Source: Octopus sinensis
Taxonomy: Eukaryota
Assembly (NCBI RefSeq): GCF_006345805.1
Contig: NC_043000.1
Span: forward strand, 16,988,001 to 17,052,000
Direction: 5' to 3'
Length of the DNA: 64,000 bases
Below are positions 37,759-50,443 of the stretch, piece after piece. The translations under genes were made by a program, and so were the position numbers. The notes under the pieces were generated by a model. It made no database searches. It worked only from the letters and a program-made list of their open reading frames with translations, and had not been told where the DNA came from. Position 1 is the first letter of the stretch; the number at the start of each line of letters is the position of its first letter.

Positions 37759-38623
37759 CCCTATAACCGTGAAATTAAATTTCATAGTTATTCCAGTAAT
37801 GATGTTAAATACCTACCAAAAAAATAGAACTGGTTTTTTTCTGCAAGTCACGTTGCCTCAATAAACTATCTCAAGGAAGATTAGTTTCAAGCATGACATT
37901 CAACTAAAGGTAGATTAGTATATAAGAAAACTGCTTTCGGCAGTTAACAGAATGAAATTTTAAGTGGGTATATCTGACTTTTGTGGTGAAAATTTAAACC
38001 TATGTTATGACCAACACTATACTGTGAGATAACCTATTTCTTTACTATCCGCAAGGGGCTAAACACAGAAGAGACAAACAAGGACAGACAGATGGATTAA
38101 GTCGATTATATCGACCCCAGTGCATAACTGGTACTTAATTTATCAACCCTGAAAGGATGAAAGGCAAAGTCGACCTCGGCGGAATTTGAACTCAGAACAT
38201 AGCGGCAGACGAAATACCGCTAAGCCTTTCGCCCAGTGTGCTAACATTTCTGAGAGATTGCCACCTTATACTGTGAGATAACCAATATAAAACTGTGATG
38301 TGACCAACAATAAGATATTTCATGGACTTTTTAAAGATGCAACATGACCAATGTAGCTATGACAGATTACTGAAATATTTAACTGTGAAATTAAACTTCA
38401 TGGATATTCCAGTAATGGCGTTCAAGTATATACATAAGAAAAAAAATGGAATTCGTATTTTCTGCAAGTCATGTTGTCTCATTAAACCTGACATATCTCA
38501 ACAAGAGATAGTTTCAAACAAGACATTCCTCAACAAAAGATGGATTGGTAAATAAAACTGCTTTCCATAGTTAAGGCTAATGAAATTTTGAGGGCATAAA
38601 TTTGATTTTCATAGTAAAAGGGG
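37759..38623. mobile_element. TTAA-flanked piggyBac-like element with internal ~200-bp direct repeats and a nested SINE C (38033-38262)
   Basis: TTAA|CCCTATAACCGTGAAA...TTTCATAGTAAAAGGGG|TTAA; 37790-37985 resembles 38405-38605. Confidence 0.55.
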
Positions 38624-38627
38624 TTAA

Positions 38628-38948
38628 TCCTTCTGATATCAACCCGCTTCAGATTACCTTTGATTCTAGGATACAATTTTCCTGTTTAAAAGTGATCTAA
38701 ATTTCATATCAATTTATGTTCCAAACACCAGCTTAACAATGACAATGTCTCTATATTAAATTTTACATTATTTTCAAAATTAATTGAAACATAGGCAAAC
38801 AGATGGGTAAAATAACTTAGTTATCATTCAGCTAATGTTAGGAACATAAATTGTGACTAAAGGTTTGGTAGAAGATTTTAATTCAAAACTTATGAAAACA
38901 AGACATTTGTATTCAGAGCCGGTTTCAGCCAGGTTGGTAACGAAAGGG
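38628..38948 (-). mobile_element. piggyBac MITE P1-related composite, sharing a TTAA with the previous element
   Basis: Right end GTAACGAAAGGG|TTAA. Confidence 0.7.
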
Positions 38949-39771
38949 TTAAGGTAAATTATTATCTATCTTTTATATTCTCAGTTCAAATCTTGCAGAG
39001 TTTGTCTTTCATCCATCAAAGATTGGTGAAAGTACCAGTCAAGTTTTGAGATTCATTAAATTGACTTCAGCCTTTCTACCAATAATTTCAGCCAAGTGCA
39101 TATCTCAGAAATTGAGATATCCAAGGACCAGGCGGTGTGTTAAACTAGGTAATGAGTTAAATCTACCACTCAACAACTCAGAACACAAAGCGTCTCAACA
39201 TATACTACAAATTATCATGTCTGACATGCTAGCAATTTTGCAGATCCAACACTCTAAACTGGTACTTTATTTTATCAACCCACAAAAGGATAAATGGCAA
39301 AGCTAATCTCAGCAGGATTTGAACTGAGCCTAAGTGAACAGTGCAAAGCATTTGTACTAATCCCTAATGACATTGTTGATTTGCTGCCTATTGTTAATGT
39401 TTAGCCCCAGGTAAGAGCTGACCTAGTAAACATGCTAAAAAAGGATTCTAACTATAACCATTCCACTGTATTTTCATACATAGTGTACCAAGGACTACAT
39501 CATCAAGTGACTTCCTCTTATTAAAATGACATGGTATGATTTGAGTGAGACTGGACTGCTATTTTAGATAGACAGAAAGATCAGGTAGATTATCCTTCAT
39601 TGGCTTGGTATTGTCACTGGTCTTGTTATTTCTCTATTTGCCACAAGGACAACAAAAAGATAAACATTACAATACAGTGCAAAACCAGAGAAAGGAAGCT
39701 AAGAGAATGTGACAAAGATGCATGGCATACGGATATACATCTCTCCGTGTGTGTATATACATACATACGCA

Positions 39772-40125
39772 CACAGGTTCAGGCATGGCTGTGTGATAAG
39801 AAGTTTGCTTCTCAACCACATAGTTCCGAGTTCAGTTCCACTACATGGCACCTTGTGCAAGTGTCTTCTACTATAGGCTTGGGTCAAACAAAGCCTTGAG
39901 AGTGGATCTGATACATGGAAACTGAAAGAAGCTCATCACACACACACACGTGGGTGGGTGTGTTTGTCCCCCACCACCACTTAACAACTGGTGTTGGTTT
40001 GTTTACAACCACAGTTTGGCAAAAGAGACTGAAGACTTAAAAAAGGTACTGAGGTTGAAATTCGTTCAAAAGATTTAGGGTTGTACCCCAGCATGGCCAT
40101 AGTCTAATCACTGAAACAAAAAGAT
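39772..40125 (+). mobile_element. SINE family A, diverged
   Basis: Colinear with consensus. Confidence 0.75.
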
Positions 40126-40395
40126 ATATAATAATAATAAGGCTCTCACTCGCTCAATAAAGTCAAGGGGACAACCACTCATACATCAAGATACTTCAAA
40201 TCCCTAAATATCCCTTGCTTTCTTTCTCCACATTCTCTACACCCCTTCATGCCGATGAATACTTAAGTGAGGAGGCCACTACCTGTATCGAGACAACTGC
40301 TTCAGTTACCTTTCATATAATTTATCAAGGGGCAAAAATTTTAATGACAATTTCTTACATGAAAACACATGGGTTATTGTGTGTGTGTGTGTGTT

Positions 40396-40779
40396 CTTTT
40401 ATTTCTTTCAGTCATTTGACTGTGGCCATGCTGGAACACTGCCTTTAGTCAAGCAAATCAACCCCAGGACTTATTCTTTGTAAGCCTAGTACTTATTCTA
40501 TCAGTCTTTTTTGCCAAACCACTAAGTTACAGGGATGTAAACACACCAGCATCGGTTGTCAAGTGATGTTGTGGGGACAAACACAGACACATAAACATAC
40601 ATTATATATATACTTGACAGGCTTCTTTCAGTTCCTGTCTATCAAATCTACTCACAAGGCTTTGGTCGGCCTGAGGCTATAGAAGAAGACACTTGCCCAT
40701 GGTGCCACACAGTGGGACTGAACCCAGAACCATGTAGTTGGTAAGCAAGCTACCTTACCACACACCCACTCCTGTGCCT
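40396..40779 (-). mobile_element. SINE family A
   Basis: Full-length. Confidence 0.88.
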
Positions 40780-40816
40780 GTGTGTGTGTGTCTGTATATA
40801 TATAGGGTATATATAT

Positions 40817-40995
40817 AGTTAATCCAAACATGAACAAGCAAGAAAAAACAACAACGTGAGGACGTGGAACAAGTACAGTGTTATTGGACACTCAGGAAAA
40901 AAAAGAAAGTGGATTTCACGTTTTGAGCCGAGCTCTTCATCAGAAATATAGAAAAAGTCCAAAGATGGGAAGACAGAGAAAGAAAATCACCAACC
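40817..40995 (-). mobile_element. Penelope-like terminal fragment with a minimal hammerhead core (40911-40950)
   Basis: Minus: ATATTT-CTGATGA-a-GAGC tcg GCTC-AAAACGTG-AAAT; the G of GAAA is mutated. Truncated relative at 30468-30545. Confidence 0.6.
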
Positions 40996-41054
40996 ACACA
41001 CACACACATATATATATATATAAATTATAATAAAAGTAGAGTGTGTTTCTTTAC

Positions 41055-41135
41055 CTTCATGTAGAAGTTAAGATAATCTGCAGTGCCACCTTACATGTAA
41101 AAGTTTCCTAGCTGAACTGGCGAGAAAGTGGTCTA
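41055..41135 (-). other. Candidate 81-nt exon ending ATG AAG|gtaaag
   Basis: Acceptor ctctctctttccactccag| and donor AAG|gtaaag; stops in all frames upstream of the terminal ATG. Confidence 0.35.
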
Positions 41136-42300
41136 CTGGAGTGGAAAGAGAGAGAGGGAGGAAGGGAGAGCGGGGACTACAGGAAAGTGGTGAGAGACAG
41201 ATAAGGAGGGGAAGAGGAGAGAGAGAAACAAAGTTTTACAGCAGAGGTTAGAAAGGAAAAGTTAAAGATAAGAGCAGAGGAGAAGAGGGAGGGGGGTGAA
41301 TCTGAGAGAATGATCTCAAGGAAAGGGAGAAAGGGAGAGGAAATGTGATCAGAGAGAGAGAAGTAAAAAGAAAAGAACAAATGGTGGAGTGGAGGGAGAG
41401 AGGGGAGGGGAGATAGGGGAGGGAGAGAGGAGGAGGAGGGAGAGAGAGAACAGCTTGTGATAGAGAAATAATAACTGTCATATAAACCTTATAGACACAT
41501 TATCTATCTATCCATCTATCTACCTATCCATCCATCTATCTATCTATCTATCTATCTACCTGTCTGTCTGTCTGTCTATCTTTCTATCTATCTATCCATC
41601 TATCTACCTACCTATCCACATACAGACAGGCACACAGAAGCACACATACCCAGAAAGTAATAGTGATCAAGTGTCATGGTGTCCATGAATTAATCATCAC
41701 ATAGGTATGTTCATTGCCACCACCAACATCACCTCTCCAACTGCCACCATCTTCTCCACCCCCACCCTACACCCTGAACAGATATTGACAAATCATGCCC
41801 GGCAGGCATGATCCCGGGTATTATAAATAGACCTGTCCTCTCTCTCCATACGTAGTTATTAGGAGCCCCACACTCTCTGCTTCCCACTGCCAAAAGACAC
41901 ACACACACAGCACCCTCTCTGAATGATATTAACATCTGACCTGTGGAATTTTCAGACCATTCGGGAAGTTAGAAGCAACAGACATTGATCACAACTAGTA
42001 ATTTCACAGCTCGCTGACAGAGATCACACACACACACACACACATTGTGCCAAGTGAAGAAGTTCGCTTGGCAACCACGTGGTTTCTAGTCCAGCCCTAC
42101 TGAGTGGTACCTTGGGCAAGTATCTTCGACTATAGTCCCAGGCCAACCAATGCTTTGTGAGCGAAGCTAGAAGACAGAAGCTCTGAGGAGGCCCATTGTG
42201 TGTGTATGTGCGTGTGTGTGTGTGCGCGCGCACGTGCATGTGTGTGTGTGTGTAATTATGCACATGTCATTGCATTTGTACCCCTATCTGTCATCACCAG

Positions 42301-42531
42301 GCGGCGAACTGGCAGAAACGTTAGCACGCCGGGCGAAATGCAGAGCCGTATTTCGTCTGCCATTACGTTCTGGGTTCAAATTCCGCCGAGGTCGACTTTG
42401 CCTTTCATCCTTTCGGGGTCGATAAATTAAGTACCAGTTTACGCACTGGAGTCGATGTAATCGACTTAATCCCTTTGTCTGTCCTTGTTTGTCCCCTCTG
42501 TGTTTAGCCCCTTGTGGGTAGTAAAGAAATA
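42301..42531 (+). mobile_element. SINE family C with 15-bp TSD tatctgtcatcacca
   Basis: TSD on both flanks. Confidence 0.93.
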
Positions 42532-42648
42532 TATCTGTCATCACCACTGCGTAACAAGTGGTGTTTGTTTATGCCTGAAACTTAGCAGTTCAGCAAAAAA
42601 AACAGAAGTACCAAACTTAAGTATTGGGGTTGATTTATTTGACTAAAC

Positions 42649-42997
42649 CAAGTGGTTCTCAACCGGGATCCATATTACCCCCAAGGACCCACAGAAGATT
42701 TTTGAGGTCCACACAACAAAATAGTAAATTGGGGATCCACAATAGTATTTTAAGGGTCCCTGAAAAAAATTTTGCTTTAGATCTATGTATTGGTATGTAT
42801 TGCAAGAAACAACAAAGTTTCTTTCTTTAACATTTTTACAAAGTTCAACCTACATAAGTTAATGTGTGAAAAACCAAATAGGAATTTTGAAAGAAGTTCC
42901 TATAAAATTAGTTATTAAACATAAATGGCAATGGGGTCCACCAGAATAAAATAGTAACCAAAGGGGTCCATAGATAAAAAATGGTCGAGAAGCTCTG
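42649..42997 (+). mobile_element. hAT-type MITE, TSD gactaaac
   Basis: AGTGGTTCTCAACC...GGTCGAGAAGCTCTG; perfect 8-bp TSD. Confidence 0.85.
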
Positions 42998-43071
42998 GAC
43001 TAAACCATTCAAGTAAGTGCCTCTATAAGTAACAAGTAACTGAAACAAGAAAAGATTATATATACGCCTGG

Positions 43072-43326
43072 CCTCGTGTCGGTGGCACGTAAAAGCACCA
43101 TCCGTTCGTGGCCGTTTGCCAGCTCCGTCTGGCACCTGTGCAGGTGGCACGTAAAAAGCACCCACTACACACACGGAGTGGTTGGCGTTAGGAAGGGCAT
43201 CCAGCCATAGAAACACTGCCAGATCTGACTGGGCCTGATGCGGCCTTCCGGCTTCACAGACCCCAGTTGAACCGTCCAACCCATGCTAACATGGAAAACG
43301 GACGCTAAATGATGATGATGATGATG
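43072..43326 (+). mobile_element. Family D element, young
   Basis: D core and (TGA)n tail; its 3' end matches the arms of the 4286-4518 palindrome. Confidence 0.82.
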
Positions 43327-44588
43327 AATCTTAGTGGTTCAGTAAAAAAAACAGAAGTACCAAACTTAAGTATTGGGGTTGATTTATTTGACTAAACCAA
43401 GTGGTTCTCAACCGGGATCCATATTACCCCCAAGGACCCACAGAAGATTTTTGAGGGTCCACACAAAGGACATCCAGCTTTAAAATAATGTCTCATTTAC
43501 ATGTATTCTTCTAACCTATGCTAGCATAGTAAAACAAACATAAAATGAATGAGTTTATATTTGGTCTCTGTATATGTCTTGCATAAGATATTTTGGTGCA
43601 TGTCTGGCACAAGAAGTTTTGATCATCTGCAAGGAAGTTTGTATTATTAGTAAACCAAAGAAAATGCTTAGTGACTTTTCTTTTGGCTGCTCAATGTTGA
43701 GACTGACTTTGTCTTCCATTTTTAGGGGTCGATAAAATAAAGTAGTGGGGTTGATGTAACTGAGTTGCCCCCTCCCCTCAATATTTCTCGCATTGTGCCA
43801 AAATTAGAAAGAATTATTAACAGTGACAGTAAGTAGGTTATTAATGTACGAGCGGAAGGGTATGGGAGATATAAGCGAATCTTAGAATATACCAGAATTA
43901 ATAGAACATGGATTGGAGAGAACCCATCAAGCACATGCTCTGATGGAACAGTTTTACAAGAAACTTCCAATCTAAGCGCTTAACTTTCCTTGGAAATTTT
44001 CATGTTGAATACAGTCAAAGTAACGACACTGTTTTGACCAAGTTCACAACATACAATTTTCAGAGTTATATCCAAAGCTCCTGCAGATTTTCTCCTCTTC
44101 AAGTCACTGCAAACAAAAGGTGTTTAACACGCAGATTGGAACCTGGTGCAGCCGCTGGCTCTCCAGACCTCAGTCAAACCATCCAACCCATGCCAGCATG
44201 GAAAATGGACATTAATCGATGATGATGATGATGTTACTGCCATGAATTTGACAAAGTAAATCCATCAAAAGACCCAATATTCACTGGTGACCCCAGGCAA
44301 GATAACTGCATTAACTATATATATCATATTCATTCTCCTCTTAGTCTCATCTGAGAGAGATCCTAAACAGAAGGAATAATACCCTTCTTTGTATATACCA
44401 ACAACAACAACAATTAAATACAAAAAGAAGTACCACTCACACAATAACAGGAGGAGGTGTTAATCATAAGTCAGACAAACCCAATGCAGATTTTATTAAA
44501 GGAAATTCCTTACACTAAAAGTTAGCCCTTTTAGCACCAACCTGCCTAAGACTACCCCAAGTTCTAGAATACAAATTTCTTATTTTAA

Positions 44589-44807
44589 CCCTTTAATATT
44601 TAAACTGGCCGTATCCGGCCAAAATAGCTAATCTGTTTTATGTTCAAACTGACCAGATCCAGGCCCTCACACCTACCCTACAATGTTATTCTACATTAAG
44701 TAATTACACCATCAAGATCTTGAAGATATGAGATAATGCATGATTAATTCAAATCAATGGGAATCAATAAGCATTATGTTTGATAGAATAATCTGAACAC
44801 TAAAGGG
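44589..44807 (+). mobile_element. piggyBac-type MITE family P2
   Basis: TTAA|CCCTTTA...TAAAGGG|TTAA; diverged relative at about 560-760. Confidence 0.8.
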
Positions 44808-45336
44808 TTAAAGCAATCTAAATTAAAAAGCTTACATCAAAATTCTATATTTATGTGCTGAACACAATAATGTCAGTAATTTCAATAGATTTTTCATTGT
44901 TTTCAAAATTAATTGAAACAAAGGTAGTATGTTTCAACAGAATAGCATAAGCAATGTGAGGTTGATCAAACTAAACACAAAGTACAATAATGGTTAATAG
45001 TTACACATACAACAGACTTCTGCAGGTTTCACCTACCAAATTCCACTTACAAAGTATAGGTGAGTCTAAGGCTATGTATGATAGGTTTTGAGTAGTGGGA
45101 TCGAACCCAGAACTACATGGTTGCAAAGCAAACTTCCTAACCACAGAGCCATGCTTGTGTCAAACAGGTGTAATATACTTTTTACTTGTACTTGTGACGA
45201 TGTTCACCATAAAGTCTAACCCCTCCTCAAAGTGGTAGGCTGGTGTAAACGGGCAGTGTCAGAGCTATGCCATCAGGAACTTCGGTTCCTGGTAGGGCCA
45301 CTCAAGATGGATTGGTCTGGCACCGAGCGGTATTAG

Positions 45337-45566
45337 GCGGCGAGCTGGCAGAAACGTTAGCATGCCAGGCGAAATGCTTAGCGGTATTTCGTCTGCGTTA
45401 CGTTGTGAGTTCAAATTCCGCCGAGGTCGACTTTGCCTTTCATCTTTCGGGGTCGATAAATTAAGTACCAGTTACGCACTGGGGTCGATGTAATCGACTT
45501 AATACCTATGTCTGTCCTTGTTTGTCCTCTCTGTGTTTAGCTCCTTGTGGGTAATAAAGAAATAGG
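45337..45566 (+). mobile_element. SINE family C
   Basis: Full-length. Confidence 0.9.
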
Positions 45567-45896
45567 TATTAGGGCCACAGCCTGGCTAACGGGGCTGAGG
45601 TGAAAATTCCAAGAGGCGCCTGATTGGCAACCGGCGGCTTCAAGGTCGTTCTGTCCCTGCATCTGTGGAGACTATACAGCAAACAGGGCGTCCCGTCACT
45701 CAGGATATGCATGTGGGATGTCGGGGACCGCTTGTGAATTCAATATTCCCACGAAACTTCCTCTATGAATCCTACTACTACCACAGCAAGGTGTAACATA
45801 GACAATGAATGACAAACATTTGGTAAGTCAACTGTGTACAGCTGATACATAAACATTTAATAGATACATTTGATATATAAAAGGTATTTTATATAT

Positions 45897-46279
45897 TGGA
45901 GGCACAATGGCCCAGTGGTTAGGGCAGCAGAATCGTGGTCGTAGGATCGCGGTTTCGATTCCCAGACCGGGCGTTGTGAGTGTTTATTGAACGAAAACAC
46001 CTAAAGCTCCAATAGGCTCCGGCAGGGGGTGGTGGTGAACCCTGCTGTACTCTTTCACCACAACTTTCTCTCACTCTTACTTCCTGTTTCTGTTGTACCT
46101 GTATTTCAAGGGGCCGACCTTGTCACTCTCTGTGTCATGCTGAATATCCCCGAGAACTACGTTAAGGGTACTCGTGTCTGTGGAGTGCTCAGCCACTTAC
46201 ACGTTAATTTCACGAGCAGGCTGTTCCGTTGATCGGATCAACCGGAACCCTCGTCGTCGTAACCGACGGAATGCTTCCA
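45897..46279 (+). mobile_element. SINE family B, TSD ttttatatat
   Basis: Full-length. Confidence 0.92.
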
Positions 46280-47639
46280 TTTTATATATAGTGTGCAACT
46301 TATATACACATCTAATTTGGCTAACTTTGTGCAATAGATATACACAACATGTCCTAATTAGGAAAACTGAACAACTAAAGTACAGCTATTGTATTTGAAC
46401 TTAGTCATTACAACTGAGATTTCAACAATTAGCCTCATATCAGGATATGGTATTCACTGAGGTATGACTGACATAAAATTACCTTTCTCCAGAGGTAATT
46501 TGCTGTCAGTAACAGGAAGGTGATAGTAAGTCAACCAATGATTTCTTTTCAGACATTTTGAATTCAGCTCTTGCTTAAGTTGACTTAGTTTTTCGTCTGT
46601 CTATGACTGAGAAAAAAATTAAGCCCCAATGAGATTGATATAATCAACTTTTAAACTTTAACAAAATTTATATTCTTGCATCATTGTTAGAAATATTTTG
46701 TTGTATATGTTCTGGCTCATTATATTATAAGTTCAAATCCAACCTCTAACATTGATAAAGTACCAGTCAAGTACTAAATTCAATATAATTGACTAACCCC
46801 TTTTCCAACTGACTTCTGCTCTTGTGCCTATGGAGTGGGCAGCGATCAGTTGATCTGTAACAATATCAGATAAGAGGGTTCAAATCATGCGAAAGTCAAC
46901 TTGGCATTTCATCCTCCTTGAGTTGACAAAATAGAGTATTGATCACATACTACCACTCCCCTAAATTTCAAACCTTGTTAGAAGAATTACTACTACTCCT
47001 ACAAGGGTAGATTAAAGTGAAGAGTAGAGCAATGAATTACATGCCACAATTACACCCCAGTTCCTATTTAAGTTGACTTTCACCTTTTATCCTTCTAAAA
47101 TTGATAAAATAAGTTCTTGTCAAGTACTCTGATTTTATTAAAACAGAGACTCACTGCTGAGAGAGAGAGAGAAACTGATAATTGATACTTATACAGATAA
47201 ATAATGAAATTTTGTCAACAGTCGATGCTTCTTGCAATATCTTCATATTATGATATGCAGAAATAAGTTCTTGCATTATGATGCCAACAGATAAAGACTC
47301 TGGAGAGAGAATCAACAGCCTTTATTGCTAGGAACGAATGTAATACATAAGTACGTCCATATCTATCCTTAGTGATTATATCTAAAGTATAACCTGCTAA
47401 ATATCGTGCTACAGAGTAGTTGGACAGACATGAAATATTACACAAAATAACAGGTGGATAGTACTGAATAGCTGCAAAGAGGAGTGGTATTAAGCAATGA
47501 AAGGAACAAATCAACGTGATATTATGTGACAAAACAGGATATTTGTAGAAGTCACTTGCCCAGGGTTTTATACAGTGAGACTGAATCCAGAACCACCTGG
47601 TCACGAAACAAGCTTCTTACCACACAGTGAAGCCTGCAA

Positions 47640-47641
<2 letters not shown>

Positions 47642-47706
<65 letters not shown>
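47642..47706. repeat. (TA)n microsatellite
   Basis: Direct inspection. Confidence 0.95.
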
Positions 47707-47713
<7 letters not shown>

Positions 47714-47722
47714 CATACATAC

Positions 47723-48231
47723 AATGGTTGTATACTGTCAATCTAACACAAACGTGACAGCGGTGGTGTACCCCCCCTACTGTCACGTTTGTGTTAGATT
47801 GACAGTATACAACCATTCTATCACCCCACCACCGTACATGTCTCTACGAGAGATTTAGAAATTTAGTATTTCTGATTTTGATAATCAGTGAATAGACTTC
47901 ACTGAAATTTAGATATATACATTACGAGTCGAGGCAAATGTCAACAGCTGACCGGTGTCTGCTAGTCTAGGCCGACGAAGGACAATCATCCTGAAACACG
48001 TGTCCCTAGATGCAGCCCGGGCAGCTGGGGATATTTGTCTCCCCTTCGTAAATGTATATAAAGACACAGGAAATATGTGTCAAAGCCATCAGGAGGCGTA
48101 GATGCTTCCTAGGGCTAAACAGCGGTGGTGTACCCCGCCTACTGTCATGTTTGTGTTAGATTGACAGTATACAACCATTCTATCGCCCCACCACCGTACA
48201 TGTCTCTATGAGAGATTTAGAAATTTAGTAT
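47723..48231 (+). mobile_element. Penelope-like non-autonomous unit: ~112-bp direct repeats, inverted 5' segment, internal hammerhead
   Basis: 47758-47869 matches 48120-48231; 38-bp perfect inverted repeat 47723-47760 / 47780-47817. Confidence 0.7.
47966..48010 (+). ncRNA. Minimal type I hammerhead ribozyme fold (U4-to-C variant)
   Basis: TCTAGG-[CCGACGA]-AGGA caatca TCCT-GAAAC-ACGT-GTC|CCTAGA: stems I and II are perfect, stem III is palindromic, and the predicted cleavage is after 48004. Confidence 0.7.
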
Positions 48232-48771
48232 ATATATATATTATATATATATATATATATATCGTCAGTGATTCATAAATTCAAAAGAAAAGTACACTAA
48301 GTTACAGAGCAGCAGAGTATTTAGAGAAAGATAGTTATGGCTATTTCATAGGGTCACCCAGAGTTTGCATTCATAAAGCGTAGCTTTATATATATCTTGT
48401 TAGACCCTAATGACCGGTGGACTAAAACCTCCCACTGGACATTAGGGTCTGATAAGACATGTAAAGCTAAGCGGTTTATTGATGCAAAACCCAGGGTAAC
48501 CCGATGAAACAGCCACAACTATCTTCTAAATAAAATATATAATATATAAAATATAAAATAGATATATGCATACATACATATATGTACATACCTACGTATG
48601 TATACATATATTTATATTATTTATACTATTATATGATCAAACGCCATGCATCCTTTTCCAAGTATATATATATATATTTATAAATGAGGGTGAAAAATTT
48701 GATATTAATTTAATAATACCATCAATTTAACACCAAGTGGCTTAGCACATAAAAAGCATGGGTAAAAATAC

Positions 48772-48910
48772 AAATTTATACATAAATATTAGAGAGTGAC
48801 CACTATGTGGTTAACTCTAGTGCTAAAAATAGCTCCGCTAATAGCGGAGCTATTTTTAGCACTAGAGTGAACTACATAGTTATCACTCTCTAATATTTAT
48901 GTATAAATTT
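48772..48910. repeat. Fold-back palindrome, ~69-bp arms, 1-nt loop
   Basis: The inner ~29 bp pair perfectly; a few mismatches lie further out. Confidence 0.92.
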
Positions 48911-49204
48911 TATATACATGTGTGTGTGTGTGTGTGTGCACACATAAATACATTTACATATATACACAGTCATACATAAATATTTACATCTATACATATA
49001 TATATATACACATCCATATATATATATACATACATACATACACACATACATATACACACACATATATATATGTATATTCACACATACATATACCAGATAT
49101 TTGTGTTGCAAGTATAATCCATCTAACAGGTTTCCATACGATTTTTGTTTACCCAATTTCATTTAGAAAGATTGGTTCAACTCAAGCGTATACCATTTAC
49201 CTTT

Positions 49205-49730
49205 TATTTGTTTCAACCATTAAACTGTGGCCATGTTGGGGCATCGCCTTGAAGGGTTGAGTTAAACAAACCAATGCCAGAACTATGTTTTAAAGCCTAA
49301 CTGCTAAGTTACAGAGACACAAACAAACCAACACCAGTTGTCAAGCGGTAGTAGGAGACAAAAAAAAAAAGACACACACACACACATATGACTACGTAAC
49401 CGTCCAGACAATCAGATGTTGTTACACATCGCTAGTCACAATGTGCTTTTGCACTGTTTTAACCTTCATATGATGCCAGCCCGCTGGCTAAGTGAGCAGG
49501 CCAACCTCCCCTTCGACTGAAGCAACGTGAAACGAAGTGTTTTGCTCAAGAATACAACGCGTCGACCTTGTGTGCAACAGCGTGACCCATAGGCCACGCG
49601 GGTTTCTTTCAGTTTTTGTCTACCAAATCCACTCACAAGGCTTTGGTCGGCTATAGTAGGTGCTACAGTGGGACTGAACCCAGAACCATGTGGCTGGGAA
49701 GCAAACTTCTTACCACACAGCCACGCCTGC
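49205..49730 (-). mobile_element. SINE A interrupted by a family E-like insertion (about 49390-49600)
   Basis: A tail at 49205-49385 and A head at 49602-49730. Confidence 0.7.
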
Positions 49731-50443
49731 ACTATGGCTTTAAAAAAAAACCCAAACAAACAAAACACTTTCCCAAGATGTCAAACTGTGGGATCAAATG
49801 AGGGGTCTTCGTTGGTGTGAAGTGAATTTAATTTGAAGAAGTGCTTTACACTGGAGTACCTTCGTTGCGTGTCGCTCCCCTGAACGGATTATCCCACATT
49901 AGTGAGGACGATGCAGGAGACCTCCGGTCTGAACTTTCTGAAAGTTGGTATCTACAAGGAAGACTCGGCAGAGGTGAATATTACAACGAGCCTGAATAAT
50001 CGCTTCGACCATCATCATCGTCACAGAAATAAGAACGATGACAACAGGAGCAAGAACGACAAGTCTAACTGAACCAATCATTCAACAAACGGCAAGTTAT
50101 CTCCCTTACATCTTAAATCAGAATTTCCTTCGCTTCATCTCGCTTTCTCTCCAAGACGCTAAAAATTGCTGTCGCTGGGTCTGAATCCACGACCTTATCG
50201 AGTGAAAAATCAATAGTCTAAACATTTTGAAAACCTTGGAATATCGTATTTAAAATATAATGTAGTTGGGAAGAGATCTGAGTAAAGTTTTATCCGTATC
50301 CAGCAATTTACTGATTACAGTCACATCACATCATCTTACCCATATATATGCATCTAATACCTTACGCCGCTTACAGTCACACTTCTTCATGATCCCAAAC
50401 ACTTTTTTTCCCTCTTTCTTTCACTTTATATTTTCACCGCTTA

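Noticed and set aside
40248-40300. Additional hammerhead-like CCGATGA...GAGAC with an extended stem II
   Set aside because: Two core mutations and no convincing stems I or III.
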